64,000 nt of DNA from Spirochaetia bacterium (GTDB taxonomy: Bacteria; Spirochaetota; Spirochaetia; SZUA-6; Bin103): the NCBI GenBank assembly GCA_965203515.1, contig OZ241907.1, positions 1,600,001 through 1,664,000 on the forward strand, read 5' to 3'. Numbering within the stretch: the first letter of the stretch is position 1; the number at the start of each line of letters is the position of its first letter. Positions 33,831-43,436 of this stretch are shown piece by piece. A program made the translations under genes and the position numbers. The notes beneath the pieces are model-generated. The model saw only the letters and a program-made list of their open reading frames with translations. It made no database searches and was not told the DNA's origin.

Positions 33831-33967
33831 CAACTCCCCTCCTGCCGCCGTGCGGCTCAGTAGCTCGCCCATCTCCTCGGGCGTGTCATCAGGTCCCGTC
33901 TCCAGGATATACCGCACGAACCGCGGTGACGATGTGCGCCTCGACGACGTGGCCGCGTCGCGGCCCG

Positions 33968-34405
33968 TCACGCGGAGCCGCCGGCCGCCGGGAGCTTTCC
34001 CGCTCGCTCCAGCAGCTCGCTCAGCACGTCCAGATCGACGTCGGCGAGCTTGCGAAAGCTGATGCTGCTCTTGCCGACCTTGGCCTTGCCCAGCCGGCCG
34101 GCGTACGCCTCCGCTAGGTAGCGCCGGCCGTCGGCCGCGTTGACGTAGACGCTGTAGTAGTTCTTCTGGCGCGCCAGGCCGACCAGGAACCAGCGCACTT
34201 CCTGCTTGTCGGAGCGCACGTACGACAGGTCGCCGTAGCCGATGATCCGCTGCTCGCTGCCGCCCCAGAAGACGCCCTCCCACAGAGAGCGAGCATGCCC
34301 CGGCAGCGCCGCCGTGATCCGTTCGTCGAGCGCCGCCATGTCGGCGCCCACCGCCGCCGGCAGCGAAGCGATGTACCGGTCCGGCGACGTCGATGTCCGT
34401 TCCAT
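33968..34405 (-). CDS. DUF1801-like protein
   Basis: IIGYG, QKNYYSVY, LGKAKVGKSSI. Confidence 0.75.
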   Translation of the reverse strand: MERTSTSPDRYIASLPAAVGADMAALDERITAALPGHARSLWEGVFWGGSEQRIIGYGDLSYVRSDKQEVRWFLVGLARQKNYYSVYVNAADGRRYLAEAYAGRLGKAKVGKSSISFRKLADVDLDVLSELLERAGKLPAAGGSA

Positions 34406-34482
34406 GGCGTCCAGTCTACCCCGCCGCCGGCGCCCGCACCGGGGCGGTTCCGTCACCTGCCGTTTTCGGGCACGGTATCCCG

Positions 34483-35382
34483 ATGAGCGAAGACAGACTG
34501 CGCATCGCCCCGCGGGGGTTCACCGACGGCCAGTGGCGGGAGTTCCGGGAGCGGGGCCTGATCAGGATCGAGAACGCGCTGTCCCCGGAGGAGATCGACC
34601 AGTACCTGGCGGCCGTCGATCGGGTGGCGGCGGCGGAACCGAGCTACCGGCCGGGGCGATCGCTGCGGCTCGACAACGCGGTCGAGCTCGACCCCGCGAT
34701 CGCCGGGCTGATCGACCACGACCGGCACGTCGGGTACGTGTACGACGTCTTCGGCGAGATGCTGAAGCTGCTCCGCAGCGACGTGCGCATCCGCGCGCGC
34801 GGCACCGATCGCAATGCCTGGCACCCGGACAGCCCGCGCGCGCTCCCCTATCAGGTCTTCTCGCCCGAGCTGCCGTTGCGCATGAGCGTCGGCTATTGGC
34901 TCACCGACCTGCCCGCTCCGCGCATGGGCAACTTCGTGTACGTGCCGGGCAGCCACCGCTGGCAGCGCCTGGAGCAGTACCACACCCACGACAGCGCGCC
35001 GGGCGAGGAGATCCTGTGCGTCAAGGCCGGCACGCTGACCGTCTACGACGGCAACCTGTGGCATCGGGTCGAGCCGAACGAGACCGACGTGGAGCGCAAG
35101 AACTTCTTCCTTTCGTATTGCCCGAGCTGGGTGACCGCCGGCGATCACTACTTCTCCGACGACGACTGGCTGGCTACGCTCGACCGCGAGCAGCGCATCA
35201 TCATGCGCAGCTATCGCCACCCGCACGGCCTGACCAACCCGGACGCGACCGATTTTCCGCTGTTCCTGGACCGCGAAAGCGGCGCCGACAGCGATCCCGA
35301 CGCGCAACCGCACGTGCCGCTCCGCATCCGCAAGCGGACCACCGCGGCCGAGAAGCGGCTCGCCGCCGCCGGCCGCGCCTGA
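34483..35382 (+). CDS. Phytanoyl-CoA dioxygenase (PhyH) family protein
   Basis: WHPD, VPGSH, LWH, distal R. Confidence 0.85.
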   Translation: MSEDRLRIAPRGFTDGQWREFRERGLIRIENALSPEEIDQYLAAVDRVAAAEPSYRPGRSLRLDNAVELDPAIAGLIDHDRHVGYVYDVFGEMLKLLRSDVRIRARGTDRNAWHPDSPRALPYQVFSPELPLRMSVGYWLTDLPAPRMGNFVYVPGSHRWQRLEQYHTHDSAPGEEILCVKAGTLTVYDGNLWHRVEPNETDVERKNFFLSYCPSWVTAGDHYFSDDDWLATLDREQRIIMRSYRHPHGLTNPDATDFPLFLDRESGADSDPDAQPHVPLRIRKRTTAAEKRLAAAGRA

Positions 35383-35401
35383 CCGCCGGCGCGCAGGGCG
35401 T

Positions 35402-36124
35402 TCAGTCGGTTGCCGGCAGCAGGGTGCGGACGCCGTTGCGGTAGACGACCCGCTGCTTGCCGCCGGGGACCGGCAGGGCGCGCAACGCCAGCTCGCCAAA
35501 GGTGACCAGCGGCTCGGATGCGAGCAGGAGCTCGTCGAGGGACTCCGCCGGCGTGCGGCCGGTGGTGTCGAGGTCGACGACCCGGCCCACCTTGCGGAAC
35601 AGGGAGTGCTCCACTTCCTCGGCGAAGCGCTCCTTGACGCGGCCGATGTCGGCCTCGCGGATCACCTGGTGCTCGTGCGGGGCGGCGCGCATGCGCCGGC
35701 GGATCTCGCCGTCGTCGGCGGTGAGGTGGAACAGCACCACGTCCGGCAGGCGGCGCTCGAAGATCTGCGCCTCGTAGACCCGCTGCTTGACGTGCCGGTA
35801 GCGGCGGTAGTACGGGCTGTCGGGGTCTGCGCCGTAGATGTCGCAATAGACCGCCTCTTCGATGAACCAACCGCCGAACAGCGGGTTCTGGATGAACTCG
35901 ATCAACTCGACGTGGAACTGGATCTGCATGCGCTGATAGCGCTCCTTCATGTCGTCGGGAGCGTCGAGCAGCAGCTTCCGCGACTCCTCGCCGAGCGTGC
36001 GGTCGGGCAGGCTGAAGTGATCGTCATAGTGCGCGGGCAGGCCGCGCGCCTCGTAATAGCTGCCGAGCAGATCGATCAGGGTCGTCTTGCCGGCGTACTC
36101 GATGCCGGTGAAGATGGCGCGCAT
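35402..36124 (-). CDS. P-loop nucleotide-kinase-like protein
   Basis: IFTGIEYAGKTT resembles thymidylate-kinase Walker A. Confidence 0.6.
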   Translation of the reverse strand: MRAIFTGIEYAGKTTLIDLLGSYYEARGLPAHYDDHFSLPDRTLGEESRKLLLDAPDDMKERYQRMQIQFHVELIEFIQNPLFGGWFIEEAVYCDIYGADPDSPYYRRYRHVKQRVYEAQIFERRLPDVVLFHLTADDGEIRRRMRAAPHEHQVIREADIGRVKERFAEEVEHSLFRKVGRVVDLDTTGRTPAESLDELLLASEPLVTFGELALRALPVPGGKQRVVYRNGVRTLLPATD

Positions 36125-36166
36125 ATCAGGTCCTCCTGCGAACTCGATCGTCCGTGTCGTCCGACG

Positions 36167-36541
36167 CTACCGGGCACGCGACGGCTCGGAGTAGAGGACG
36201 AGGCCGGTGCGCAGCGCCGTGACGGCCACGGGGATGCTTTCCGAGCGAATCTCCGGTTCGGTATAGACGAACAGGTCGACGCCGACGCCGATCTCGCCGA
36301 AATAGCCATGAAACGCGGGCGCGCGATCGATGATGCGCTCCGTGGAATCGCGGACCACGATCAGGACGTCGGCGTCACTCGACGGGACGGCTCGATCGGC
36401 GGCCACGGAGCCGAACAGGACGACCTGCGTTACCTTCTCATGCTCCGTCCCCAGCTTCTGCGCCGCTGCCGCCAGCCGGCGCTTGAGCAGGTCCCGGTCG
36501 AGCCAGAATACCGTGACAGAACCGAACGATCTTCTGCGCAT
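36167..36541 (-). CDS. Minimal nucleotidyltransferase (MNT)
   Basis: LFGS..SDADV..VDL. Confidence 0.85.
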   Translation of the reverse strand: MRRRSFGSVTVFWLDRDLLKRRLAAAAQKLGTEHEKVTQVVLFGSVAADRAVPSSDADVLIVVRDSTERIIDRAPAFHGYFGEIGVGVDLFVYTEPEIRSESIPVAVTALRTGLVLYSEPSRAR

Positions 36542-36887
36542 GACAGATGGCGCCATCAGCGTCCTCTTTCGCAAAGTAGTCGGCCGGGCTGCCCGACGCC
36601 CAGCCGTTCGGATACCGCGCCGGAATGTAGTAGCGGTCGAGCTCGACGGCCGATCGATGCAGATCGCCGGGAACCTCGACCCGTTCCTGCAGGGCGCTGA
36701 GCAGATCGACGATCGAGTGACCCCAGGCATCGCCGCCGAGTTTCCCGAAGGCCGCTTTCACCGCCTTCTCGCTCGACTGTTGCGAGATGAAGCACGCCCA
36801 CTCATGGAACCCGGCGTCACGCTGAGCTCGCGCGCTGTCGAGATCGCGGCGCGCCTGGTTGAACCAGTCCGCGCTCCGGTCAGCCAT
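36438..36887 (-). CDS. HEPN-domain protein
   Basis: ACFISQQSSEKAVKA, GHS, YIPARYPN. Confidence 0.88.
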   Translation of the reverse strand: MADRSADWFNQARRDLDSARAQRDAGFHEWACFISQQSSEKAVKAAFGKLGGDAWGHSIVDLLSALQERVEVPGDLHRSAVELDRYYIPARYPNGWASGSPADYFAKEDADGAICHAQKIVRFCHGILARPGPAQAPAGGSGAEAGDGA

Positions 36888-36898
36888 GGCTCAGCACG

Positions 36899-37864
36899 CT
36901 ACAGCCAGCGCCGGAACCATTCCACGGCCCACTCGAAGTACTGCATGGCGAACACGTGGTGGCCGGGCGGCCGGTGGACCAGGAACCGCTCCGGCACGCC
37001 GGCCCGGGCGTACGCCCGGCTCACGTAATCGACGAACACGTCGACCCCGTCGCCGGGCATGTCCTCGTCGGCCAGCGGCGCGACCATCATGAACGGCCGC
37101 GGGGCGATCGTCGCCGCGATCAGCTGCGGGTGGTCGAAGTAGCGCAACATGTGCGGCACGAAGGCGAACGAGGAGTGACGCCACACCAGACCGTGGTCGA
37201 TGTTGGCGCGCATCGTTCCCAGGCCGCCGGCGATCGGCGCGGCCGTCTTCACCCACCGGGCGGCCGCCATGCCCAGCCACGACGTCCAGCCGCCCAGCGA
37301 CATGCCGGTCAACCCGATGCGGTACGGATCGACGCCGTCCAGAGCGCCGAGCACCCACGCGGCGCGCACCGCCTCGTCGGCGACCACCGCCAGCTGCGAC
37401 CGCCCGAACGGCAGCAGCAGCTTCTGTTCCTCCTCCCACGCTTCCTGGGTCCCGCGCCGCGCCGAAGCCCCCTTGGGCGTGAAGGTGAGCACCGCGAACC
37501 CGCGCCGCGCCATCTCCCGCCCCCACCCATACAGCGGCCCGTGGTGCGGGGCCTTGCGGTGGTACAGCGGATGCGCCACGTCCTCGGCCGTGCTGGAGGT
37601 GCCGTTCGTGCAGACGACCCCGGGCAGCGTCCCGGCCGGCTCGGCCGGCAGGATGGCGATGGCGTGAATCGATTCGCCCATGCAGTTGCGGTAGCGCAGC
37701 CGGGTCAGCGCCAGACCGTCCTCCACCACGGTGCCGGCGGCGGCGAAGTCTACCCGGTCCGGGATCGCGTCCAGGCCGATCAGCTCGCGGAACTTGGCCG
37801 GCACCGCCGCCAACGGCAGCGGACACGGAAACGCCGGCTCGATCCCGGCCATGCGCGACGCCAT
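36899..37864 (-). CDS. Dienelactone-hydrolase-like alpha/beta-hydrolase
   Basis: GMSLGG, APRP, GHHVF. Confidence 0.8.
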   Translation of the reverse strand: MASRMAGIEPAFPCPLPLAAVPAKFRELIGLDAIPDRVDFAAAGTVVEDGLALTRLRYRNCMGESIHAIAILPAEPAGTLPGVVCTNGTSSTAEDVAHPLYHRKAPHHGPLYGWGREMARRGFAVLTFTPKGASARRGTQEAWEEEQKLLLPFGRSQLAVVADEAVRAAWVLGALDGVDPYRIGLTGMSLGGWTSWLGMAAARWVKTAAPIAGGLGTMRANIDHGLVWRHSSFAFVPHMLRYFDHPQLIAATIAPRPFMMVAPLADEDMPGDGVDVFVDYVSRAYARAGVPERFLVHRPPGHHVFAMQYFEWAVEWFRRWL

Positions 37865-37975
37865 CCCCCGCAGTATACCCGCACGACGCCGCGGATCACG
37901 GCGGCGCAGGGAGCAGGTCGGCCGGCTCGCACGCTCAAGTCGCTGCCGAAGTCTGCCGTATACGGAGATATGCAG

Positions 37976-38155
37976 ATGAGCGCTCGCCGAGAGGATGCGA
38001 CGGCGCGGTGGCGGAAACGCGTAGCGGCCATCGTGACGGCGTTCGTGGTGGCACTGGCCCTGGCGCTTGGCGCCATGTCCTTGCAATCCGGTGAACCGAT
38101 CACCGGGGGCGCGGCGGGGACCGTGACCACGACGGACCGGCCGGCCGGCGGCTGA
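37976..38155 (+). CDS. Possible small single-TM protein
   Basis: GGAG RBS, basic N-terminus and hydrophobic helix; fills an intergenic gap. Confidence 0.35.
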   Translation: MSARREDATARWRKRVAAIVTAFVVALALALGAMSLQSGEPITGGAAGTVTTTDRPAGG

Positions 38156-38229
38156 CGCGCGCGCAGACCGCTCCGTAGCCCACCGCGCGTGCTGCGCCGC
38201 GCGCCGCGATGTGGCACGCTTGCGCGTCG

Positions 38230-39150
38230 ATGGACCGCGCAGCGCTGCCGGCACGCTTGGCCGGCCCGATCGCCTACCCGCCCACCCCGTTCACTGACGA
38301 CCGTCCCGGCGCGCCGGTCGACCTCGACAGCTTCCGCCGCCTGATACGCCGCCTGCTACAGCACGGCGTGCCGGCCATCACCCCGTGCGGCGGGACCGGC
38401 GAGTGCTTCTCGCTGTCGATGGACGAGTGGCGCGCCGTGACCGAGGCGGCCGTGCAGGAGGCGGACGGCCGCGCCCTGGTGCTGGCCTCCGTGAGCGGGT
38501 CGATCGGCCGCGCGACCGCCCAGGCGCGCGCCGCGCAGCGGCTCGGCTGCCCGGCGGCGCAGATCACCATGGTCGACCCGATGTTCGGCATGACCGACGC
38601 CGGCGCCGAGCGCTACAGCCGCGCGGTCGCCGAGTCGGCCGACATCGGCTTCATGCTGTACCGGACGCAGGCCGCGCCCCTGAGCGTGCAGGCCGCCTGC
38701 CGGCTGGCCGAGACCGGCAACGTCTTCGCCGTGAAAGAGGAATCGGGCGACCTGCAGTGGTTCCGCGCGTTCATGGCCGCGCAGCGCAGGGCGTCCCCGG
38801 ACCGCCGCATGGTGGGCGTCTGCGGCGGCGAGGGGCTGTTCCCGTACTACGCGATGGAGGGGGCGGCCGCCTTCTCGACCGGGGCCGTCAACCTGGCGCC
38901 GGCGCTGTCGATGGAGCTGTGGCAGGCGGCCGGCGCCGGCGACCGCGACCGCAGCGGCGCGATCCGGGAGCAGCTCGCGCCGCTCGCCGCGCTGCGCGCC
39001 AAGCCGGGGCGGTCGATCCCGGCGATCAAGGAGGGGCTGCGCCTGCTCGGCGTCTTCTCGTCCGGCGCGTGCCGCCCGCCGCTGGCCGAGCTGTCCGGCG
39101 AGGAGCGCGCGCAGGTGGAAGCGATGCTCGGCGCGTGGAAGGTACGGTGA
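38230..39150 (+). CDS. DapA-family aldolase/dehydratase
   Basis: GGTGE, Y and VKE Schiff-base motifs. Confidence 0.85.
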   Translation: MDRAALPARLAGPIAYPPTPFTDDRPGAPVDLDSFRRLIRRLLQHGVPAITPCGGTGECFSLSMDEWRAVTEAAVQEADGRALVLASVSGSIGRATAQARAAQRLGCPAAQITMVDPMFGMTDAGAERYSRAVAESADIGFMLYRTQAAPLSVQAACRLAETGNVFAVKEESGDLQWFRAFMAAQRRASPDRRMVGVCGGEGLFPYYAMEGAAAFSTGAVNLAPALSMELWQAAGAGDRDRSGAIREQLAPLAALRAKPGRSIPAIKEGLRLLGVFSSGACRPPLAELSGEERAQVEAMLGAWKVR

Positions 39151-39166
39151 CCGGCCGCGCCGCCTG

Positions 39167-40183
39167 ATGGCATCCCCGCATCGCCGCTTCGCGACCGCGA
39201 TCGCGCTCCTGTTGGCGGTCACCCTCGCCGGCACGCTCGGCTTCGCCCTGATCGAGGGGTGGCCGCTCAACGACAGCCTGTTCATGGCGGTGATCACCAT
39301 CTCCACGGTCGGCTACGGCGAGGTGCGGGAGCTCTCCCCGGGCGGGCGGTTGTTCACCGCCGGCTTGATCGTGGTCGCCATCATGGTGATCTGGTACTCG
39401 GCCACGTCGCTGGTCGCCTATCTGTTCGAAGGAGCTTTTCTGCCGGTATGGAGGAGGAGACGCATGGAACGAACGATCGGCCGGCTCACCGGGCACTACA
39501 TCGTGTGCGGCGCCGGCAAGTTCGGGCGCGAGGTCGCCGCCGAGCTCACCGGAGAGCACGTGCCGTTCGTGATGATCGACAAGGACCCCGAGGGTTGCGA
39601 CTGCGCGGGCGACGAATCGCTGCTGTTCGTGCCGGGCAACGCCGAGGAGGATGAGACGTTGCTGGCCGCAGGCGTGCAGCGCGCCACCGGGCTGGTCTCC
39701 GTGCTGCCCAGCGACGACGCCAACGTGTTCGTGGTGCTGTCCGCCCGGCAGCTCAATCCCGACATGAAGATCGTCACGCAGGCGACCGAGCAGCAGACCG
39801 TCCGCAAGCTTCAGAAAGTCGGCGCCGACAGCGTGGTGTCCCCGTACCGCAGCACCGGCAACCGCCTGGTCGCATCCCTGCTGCGCCCGTCGCTGACCCG
39901 GTTCCTGGACGAGATGATGGATCGGGACGACCCCGCCCTGCAGATCGACGAGGTGACCGTACCCGCCCACTCGCCGCTGGCCGGCGCCCGGCTGCCCGAC
40001 GCGCAGGCGGGCGACCGCACCGGCGCCGTCGTGGTCGCCATCACCGGCCCGGACGGCATCCGGCTCGACGCGGACGGCACCAACGCGATCGCCGGCATCA
40101 CGGTGCGTCCGGGCGACGCGCTGGTGGCGGTCGGCACCGCCGCGCAGCTCACCCGGCTGCGCGCGTCGGTTACCGGAGGCTGA
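39167..40183 (+). CDS. Potassium channel with RCK (TrkA-N/C) domains
   Basis: TVGYG filter, CGAGKFG Rossmann motif. Confidence 0.92.
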   Translation: MASPHRRFATAIALLLAVTLAGTLGFALIEGWPLNDSLFMAVITISTVGYGEVRELSPGGRLFTAGLIVVAIMVIWYSATSLVAYLFEGAFLPVWRRRRMERTIGRLTGHYIVCGAGKFGREVAAELTGEHVPFVMIDKDPEGCDCAGDESLLFVPGNAEEDETLLAAGVQRATGLVSVLPSDDANVFVVLSARQLNPDMKIVTQATEQQTVRKLQKVGADSVVSPYRSTGNRLVASLLRPSLTRFLDEMMDRDDPALQIDEVTVPAHSPLAGARLPDAQAGDRTGAVVVAITGPDGIRLDADGTNAIAGITVRPGDALVAVGTAAQLTRLRASVTGG

Positions 40184-40227
40184 CCGGCGGCCGGCGGCCG
40201 GCCGGAGCGCTCAGTCCAGACCGAGCA

Positions 40228-41388
40228 TCAGTCCAGACCGAGCAGCTCGCGCGCGTTGCCGCCGAACACCGCCTCGCGCAGCTCCTTGGGGAACTGTCCG
40301 GCCGTGGGCGTCGGCTCGTCCCAGTCCCAGTGCGGGAAGTCGCTCGCGTAGACCAGCACCTCCCCGGCGTGCATCCACCGCAGGAACGCCGCGGCGTTCT
40401 GCTTGCCGGCCGGCAGTTGCAGCGGCTGGGTGCCGACGCGGATATGCTCGCGGAAGTACTCGCTGGGCAGACGCTTCACCCACGGGGTGTACTCGCGCAC
40501 CGCCTTCCAGTCGGCGTCGAAGTGCCACAGCAGCCCGGGGATCCACCACGTATCGACCTCCACGAACAGCCATCGCAGGGCGGGATAGCGCTCGAACACC
40601 CCTTCGCAGATCAGGCTGGCCGAGTGCGCCTGCGCGATCTGCGGCCGCGCCATGCGCATCTCCAGGTAATAGGAGGGGAACCCCGCCGCGGTCGGCGCGT
40701 TGGTCGGCCCCTGCCCCTCGCCCCCGAAGTGGGTCACGATCGGCAGCCCCTGATCGGCGGCGGCAGCGTGGATGCGGTCGTAGAACCGGTTGCCGAACGG
40801 CGAACGCGCGCCGGCCGGCATCATCACCGCGGCCGCCGCCGGGTGCGGTCCGATCCGCTCGATCTCCGCCGCCGCCTCCTCCGGGGCGTGCACCGGTACG
40901 GCGATCGTCATGAGCAGCCGCGGGTCCTTGGCGACCCAGTGCTCCAGGGTGTAGTCGTTGAACGCTCGGCACAGCGCCGCGGCGTAGTCGAGGTCGGGCA
41001 GCCCCGCCGCCGAGTAGACGGACGAGCCGGTCAGCAGCGCGGCGTCGAACCCATATGGATCGAGGTGGTGCTCGACCGTGAACTCCGCCAGATCCGTATC
41101 GGGCTCGATCGGATGGTCGACCCGATAGGCAAGGCCGCCGCCGCTGTTGCGCACGTTCGTGTACGGATACTTGGGCAGCATCGGCCCGAAGTCCCTGATG
41201 CTCTCTACGTAGCGCCGCGGCAGATAGGGAAAGATGTCCTCGACCTGCCGCCACTGGTGGTGGCAGTCGCAGTCGACCAGGTACGGGGCGACCTTGCGCT
41301 TGCGCGCCGGTTCGGCCGACGACGCCGGCTCGACCGACGGCACAGGTTCGGCCGCCGGCGCGGCGGCAACGGTCGCGCTCGGTGTCAT
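40228..41388 (-). CDS. Amidohydrolase family 2 protein
   Basis: DCDCH, SDFPHWD, GNA. Confidence 0.88.
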   Translation of the reverse strand: MTPSATVAAAPAAEPVPSVEPASSAEPARKRKVAPYLVDCDCHHQWRQVEDIFPYLPRRYVESIRDFGPMLPKYPYTNVRNSGGGLAYRVDHPIEPDTDLAEFTVEHHLDPYGFDAALLTGSSVYSAAGLPDLDYAAALCRAFNDYTLEHWVAKDPRLLMTIAVPVHAPEEAAAEIERIGPHPAAAAVMMPAGARSPFGNRFYDRIHAAAADQGLPIVTHFGGEGQGPTNAPTAAGFPSYYLEMRMARPQIAQAHSASLICEGVFERYPALRWLFVEVDTWWIPGLLWHFDADWKAVREYTPWVKRLPSEYFREHIRVGTQPLQLPAGKQNAAAFLRWMHAGEVLVYASDFPHWDWDEPTPTAGQFPKELREAVFGGNARELLGLD

Positions 41389-41822
41389 CGCCGTGAACCT
41401 CCCTCGTGTTCCTCGTGCACGTGCAGTATGACCTGATCGCCGCGCACGCTCACGCGGTAGGTCTTCGCACACAGACGCGGCTCGTGCAACGCGCACCCGG
41501 TCTTCAGGTCGAACTCCCACTGGTGCGTGGGGCAGTGCAGGATTTCGCCTTCCCGTTCGTAGCGGAACCGGCCGGGCGCCGCGGCGGTGACCAGCGGCCC
41601 GACGAAGCCGCGCGTCAGCGCGCCGCCGCGATGCGGGCAGAGGTTGCGGAGCGCGATCAGCTCGCCCGCGACGTTGAACACGCAGACCGCGTGCCGGCCG
41701 CCTGTATCGACCTCGCGCCGCTCGCCCGGCGGCAGATCGCGGAGCTTGCAGACCGCTATCTCGCCGGGCTTCGTATCTTCGGCTACGTCCTCACATGCGG
41801 AGATTGGCGCTGACGACCGCAC
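41385..41822 (-). CDS. Rieske [2Fe-2S] ferredoxin
   Basis: CPHRG and CPTHQW motifs; start uncertain. Confidence 0.85.
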   Translation of the reverse strand: MRSSAPISACEDVAEDTKPGEIAVCKLRDLPPGERREVDTGGRHAVCVFNVAGELIALRNLCPHRGGALTRGFVGPLVTAAAPGRFRYEREGEILHCPTHQWEFDLKTGCALHEPRLCAKTYRVSVRGDQVILHVHEEHEGGSRR

Positions 41823-43269
41823 GATGCGTGGTCGCCGAGGCGATGTTGGCCCTTTCGTGCTGCGCCTCCAGGTTCAGGTCGAGATCGTCCGTGAGCGCCA
41901 GACGGCTGCCCCATCGGTAGCTCGATGCGCCACCGTCGCCCAGCGTAACGGCGCCGTAGGGGGTCAGCAACCCCGGAACGCCGTCGACCTGCAGGCCGCT
42001 GTAGCCCATTTCCGCGTTCAGCCGCCCACCGTCGTGCGCGACCAGCGCCGCCGCCGGCGGCGCCGACGCGATCGTCTCGTCCACCGCGCCGTAGCTTGGG
42101 GATACGTTCAGGAACGGCCCGTAACCGTCCCGATCGGAGGAGATGCGCACCAGTGCGCCGGCGCCCCATTCCTGCGAGGAGTCGTCCAGCGGCACCAACG
42201 CGCGCCCGCGCGCCTCCAGCGTCACGCCCACCGCATGATCGTCGTAGCGCAGGCTGCCGCCGATCTCCACGCCGGCGCCGCTGGCCGCCTCGCCGCCATC
42301 GTAGCGGACGCCCGTTTCCAGCGTCGGCGTTATGGAGACGCTGTCGTTGACCGGCAGCAGGTAGGTCCCCTGCAGCAGGACTCGACCGCGCCACGTATTC
42401 ATGTGCAGGTTCGGCATCGAGCCGCGCGTCCGCGTCACCTGGAACTCGTTCAGGCTCCCTTCCCCCTTGACCGCCAGGCCCAGGCGGGAGGCGGGATCGT
42501 ATCCGGGGCCGTCGACCACGGTGACGTGCCAGCCCAACGCGCCGCTCAGCAGCGTGGCGTCCCCGGCGTTCGGGGCTTCGCCGACCGACAGGCGTCCGTC
42601 GCGGATGGTCGCTTCTCCCCGCCCGTACGTGGCGGTCGCCCACCACCATATGCCGGGGGACAGCACCCAACTGAAGTACGGCGAACCGGTGACCATGAGC
42701 ACGTCGAGCAGGCCAGCCTCGCCGTCTGCCTCATAGGTGGTGTTCGTCATCGAGACCCCCGCCGATATGCCGGCCAGCATCTCCCGGATCGGCCGGATGT
42801 CGAATCCCAGATGACCGCTGATCGAATCACCTTCCCAGGCGACGCGGGCATCCGCGCCGCTGCCCAGGCGGCGGTAGTCTCCGCCCCCCGTGAAGCCGAA
42901 GCCCCAGAGCGTGCCGTGCGCGCCGTTGACCTCGATCTCGCCCTCGGCCGGCGGCGCTACGCCGTGGCTGGAGATCGGCCGACTGGTCAGCTTCGGCAGG
43001 CCGTAGCGCACCACGCCCGCCTCTTCCAGCCGCTCCATCGTCGCCTGCATGGAGCCCACGGTCTCCGCCCGTGCGGTCACCGCACCCACGATTCCCCAGG
43101 TGATCGACTGCGCAACCTTGGGTGCGATCGCCTTGCCGGCGAGCGTGTACCGGTCGTTGGGGTCGATGTTCTGGGCGCCGACCCCCGCCGCTGCCAGCAT
43201 CAGCAGCGCCGCCGAGATCGGCAGCAGCGCCCGCCGCGCGCGATGTCCTTGCGTATCGTCACGTCTCAT
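41791..43269 (-). CDS. Autotransporter-type outer-membrane beta-barrel protein with very short passenger
   Basis: Signal peptide, amphipathic strands, GVRYDGG..G.GVEIGG, LLTPYG. Confidence 0.7.
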   Translation of the reverse strand: MRRDDTQGHRARRALLPISAALLMLAAAGVGAQNIDPNDRYTLAGKAIAPKVAQSITWGIVGAVTARAETVGSMQATMERLEEAGVVRYGLPKLTSRPISSHGVAPPAEGEIEVNGAHGTLWGFGFTGGGDYRRLGSGADARVAWEGDSISGHLGFDIRPIREMLAGISAGVSMTNTTYEADGEAGLLDVLMVTGSPYFSWVLSPGIWWWATATYGRGEATIRDGRLSVGEAPNAGDATLLSGALGWHVTVVDGPGYDPASRLGLAVKGEGSLNEFQVTRTRGSMPNLHMNTWRGRVLLQGTYLLPVNDSVSITPTLETGVRYDGGEAASGAGVEIGGSLRYDDHAVGVTLEARGRALVPLDDSSQEWGAGALVRISSDRDGYGPFLNVSPSYGAVDETIASAPPAAALVAHDGGRLNAEMGYSGLQVDGVPGLLTPYGAVTLGDGGASSYRWGSRLALTDDLDLNLEAQHERANIASATTHRAVVSANLRM

Positions 43270-43436
43270 CGATATGCCCCCTTCCGGTGCCGAAGGTCTG
43301 CTAGCCATGCCGTGATTGTCGGCAGCCGCGGTCCGGCTGTTTACCGGGCATGGCGCGGAACGGGCACTGCGCGCCGTGCCGGAGCGCGCTCCACCGGCCG
43401 CAAAACGGCGCCGCCGGCGGCGCGATCGGCGTCAGC

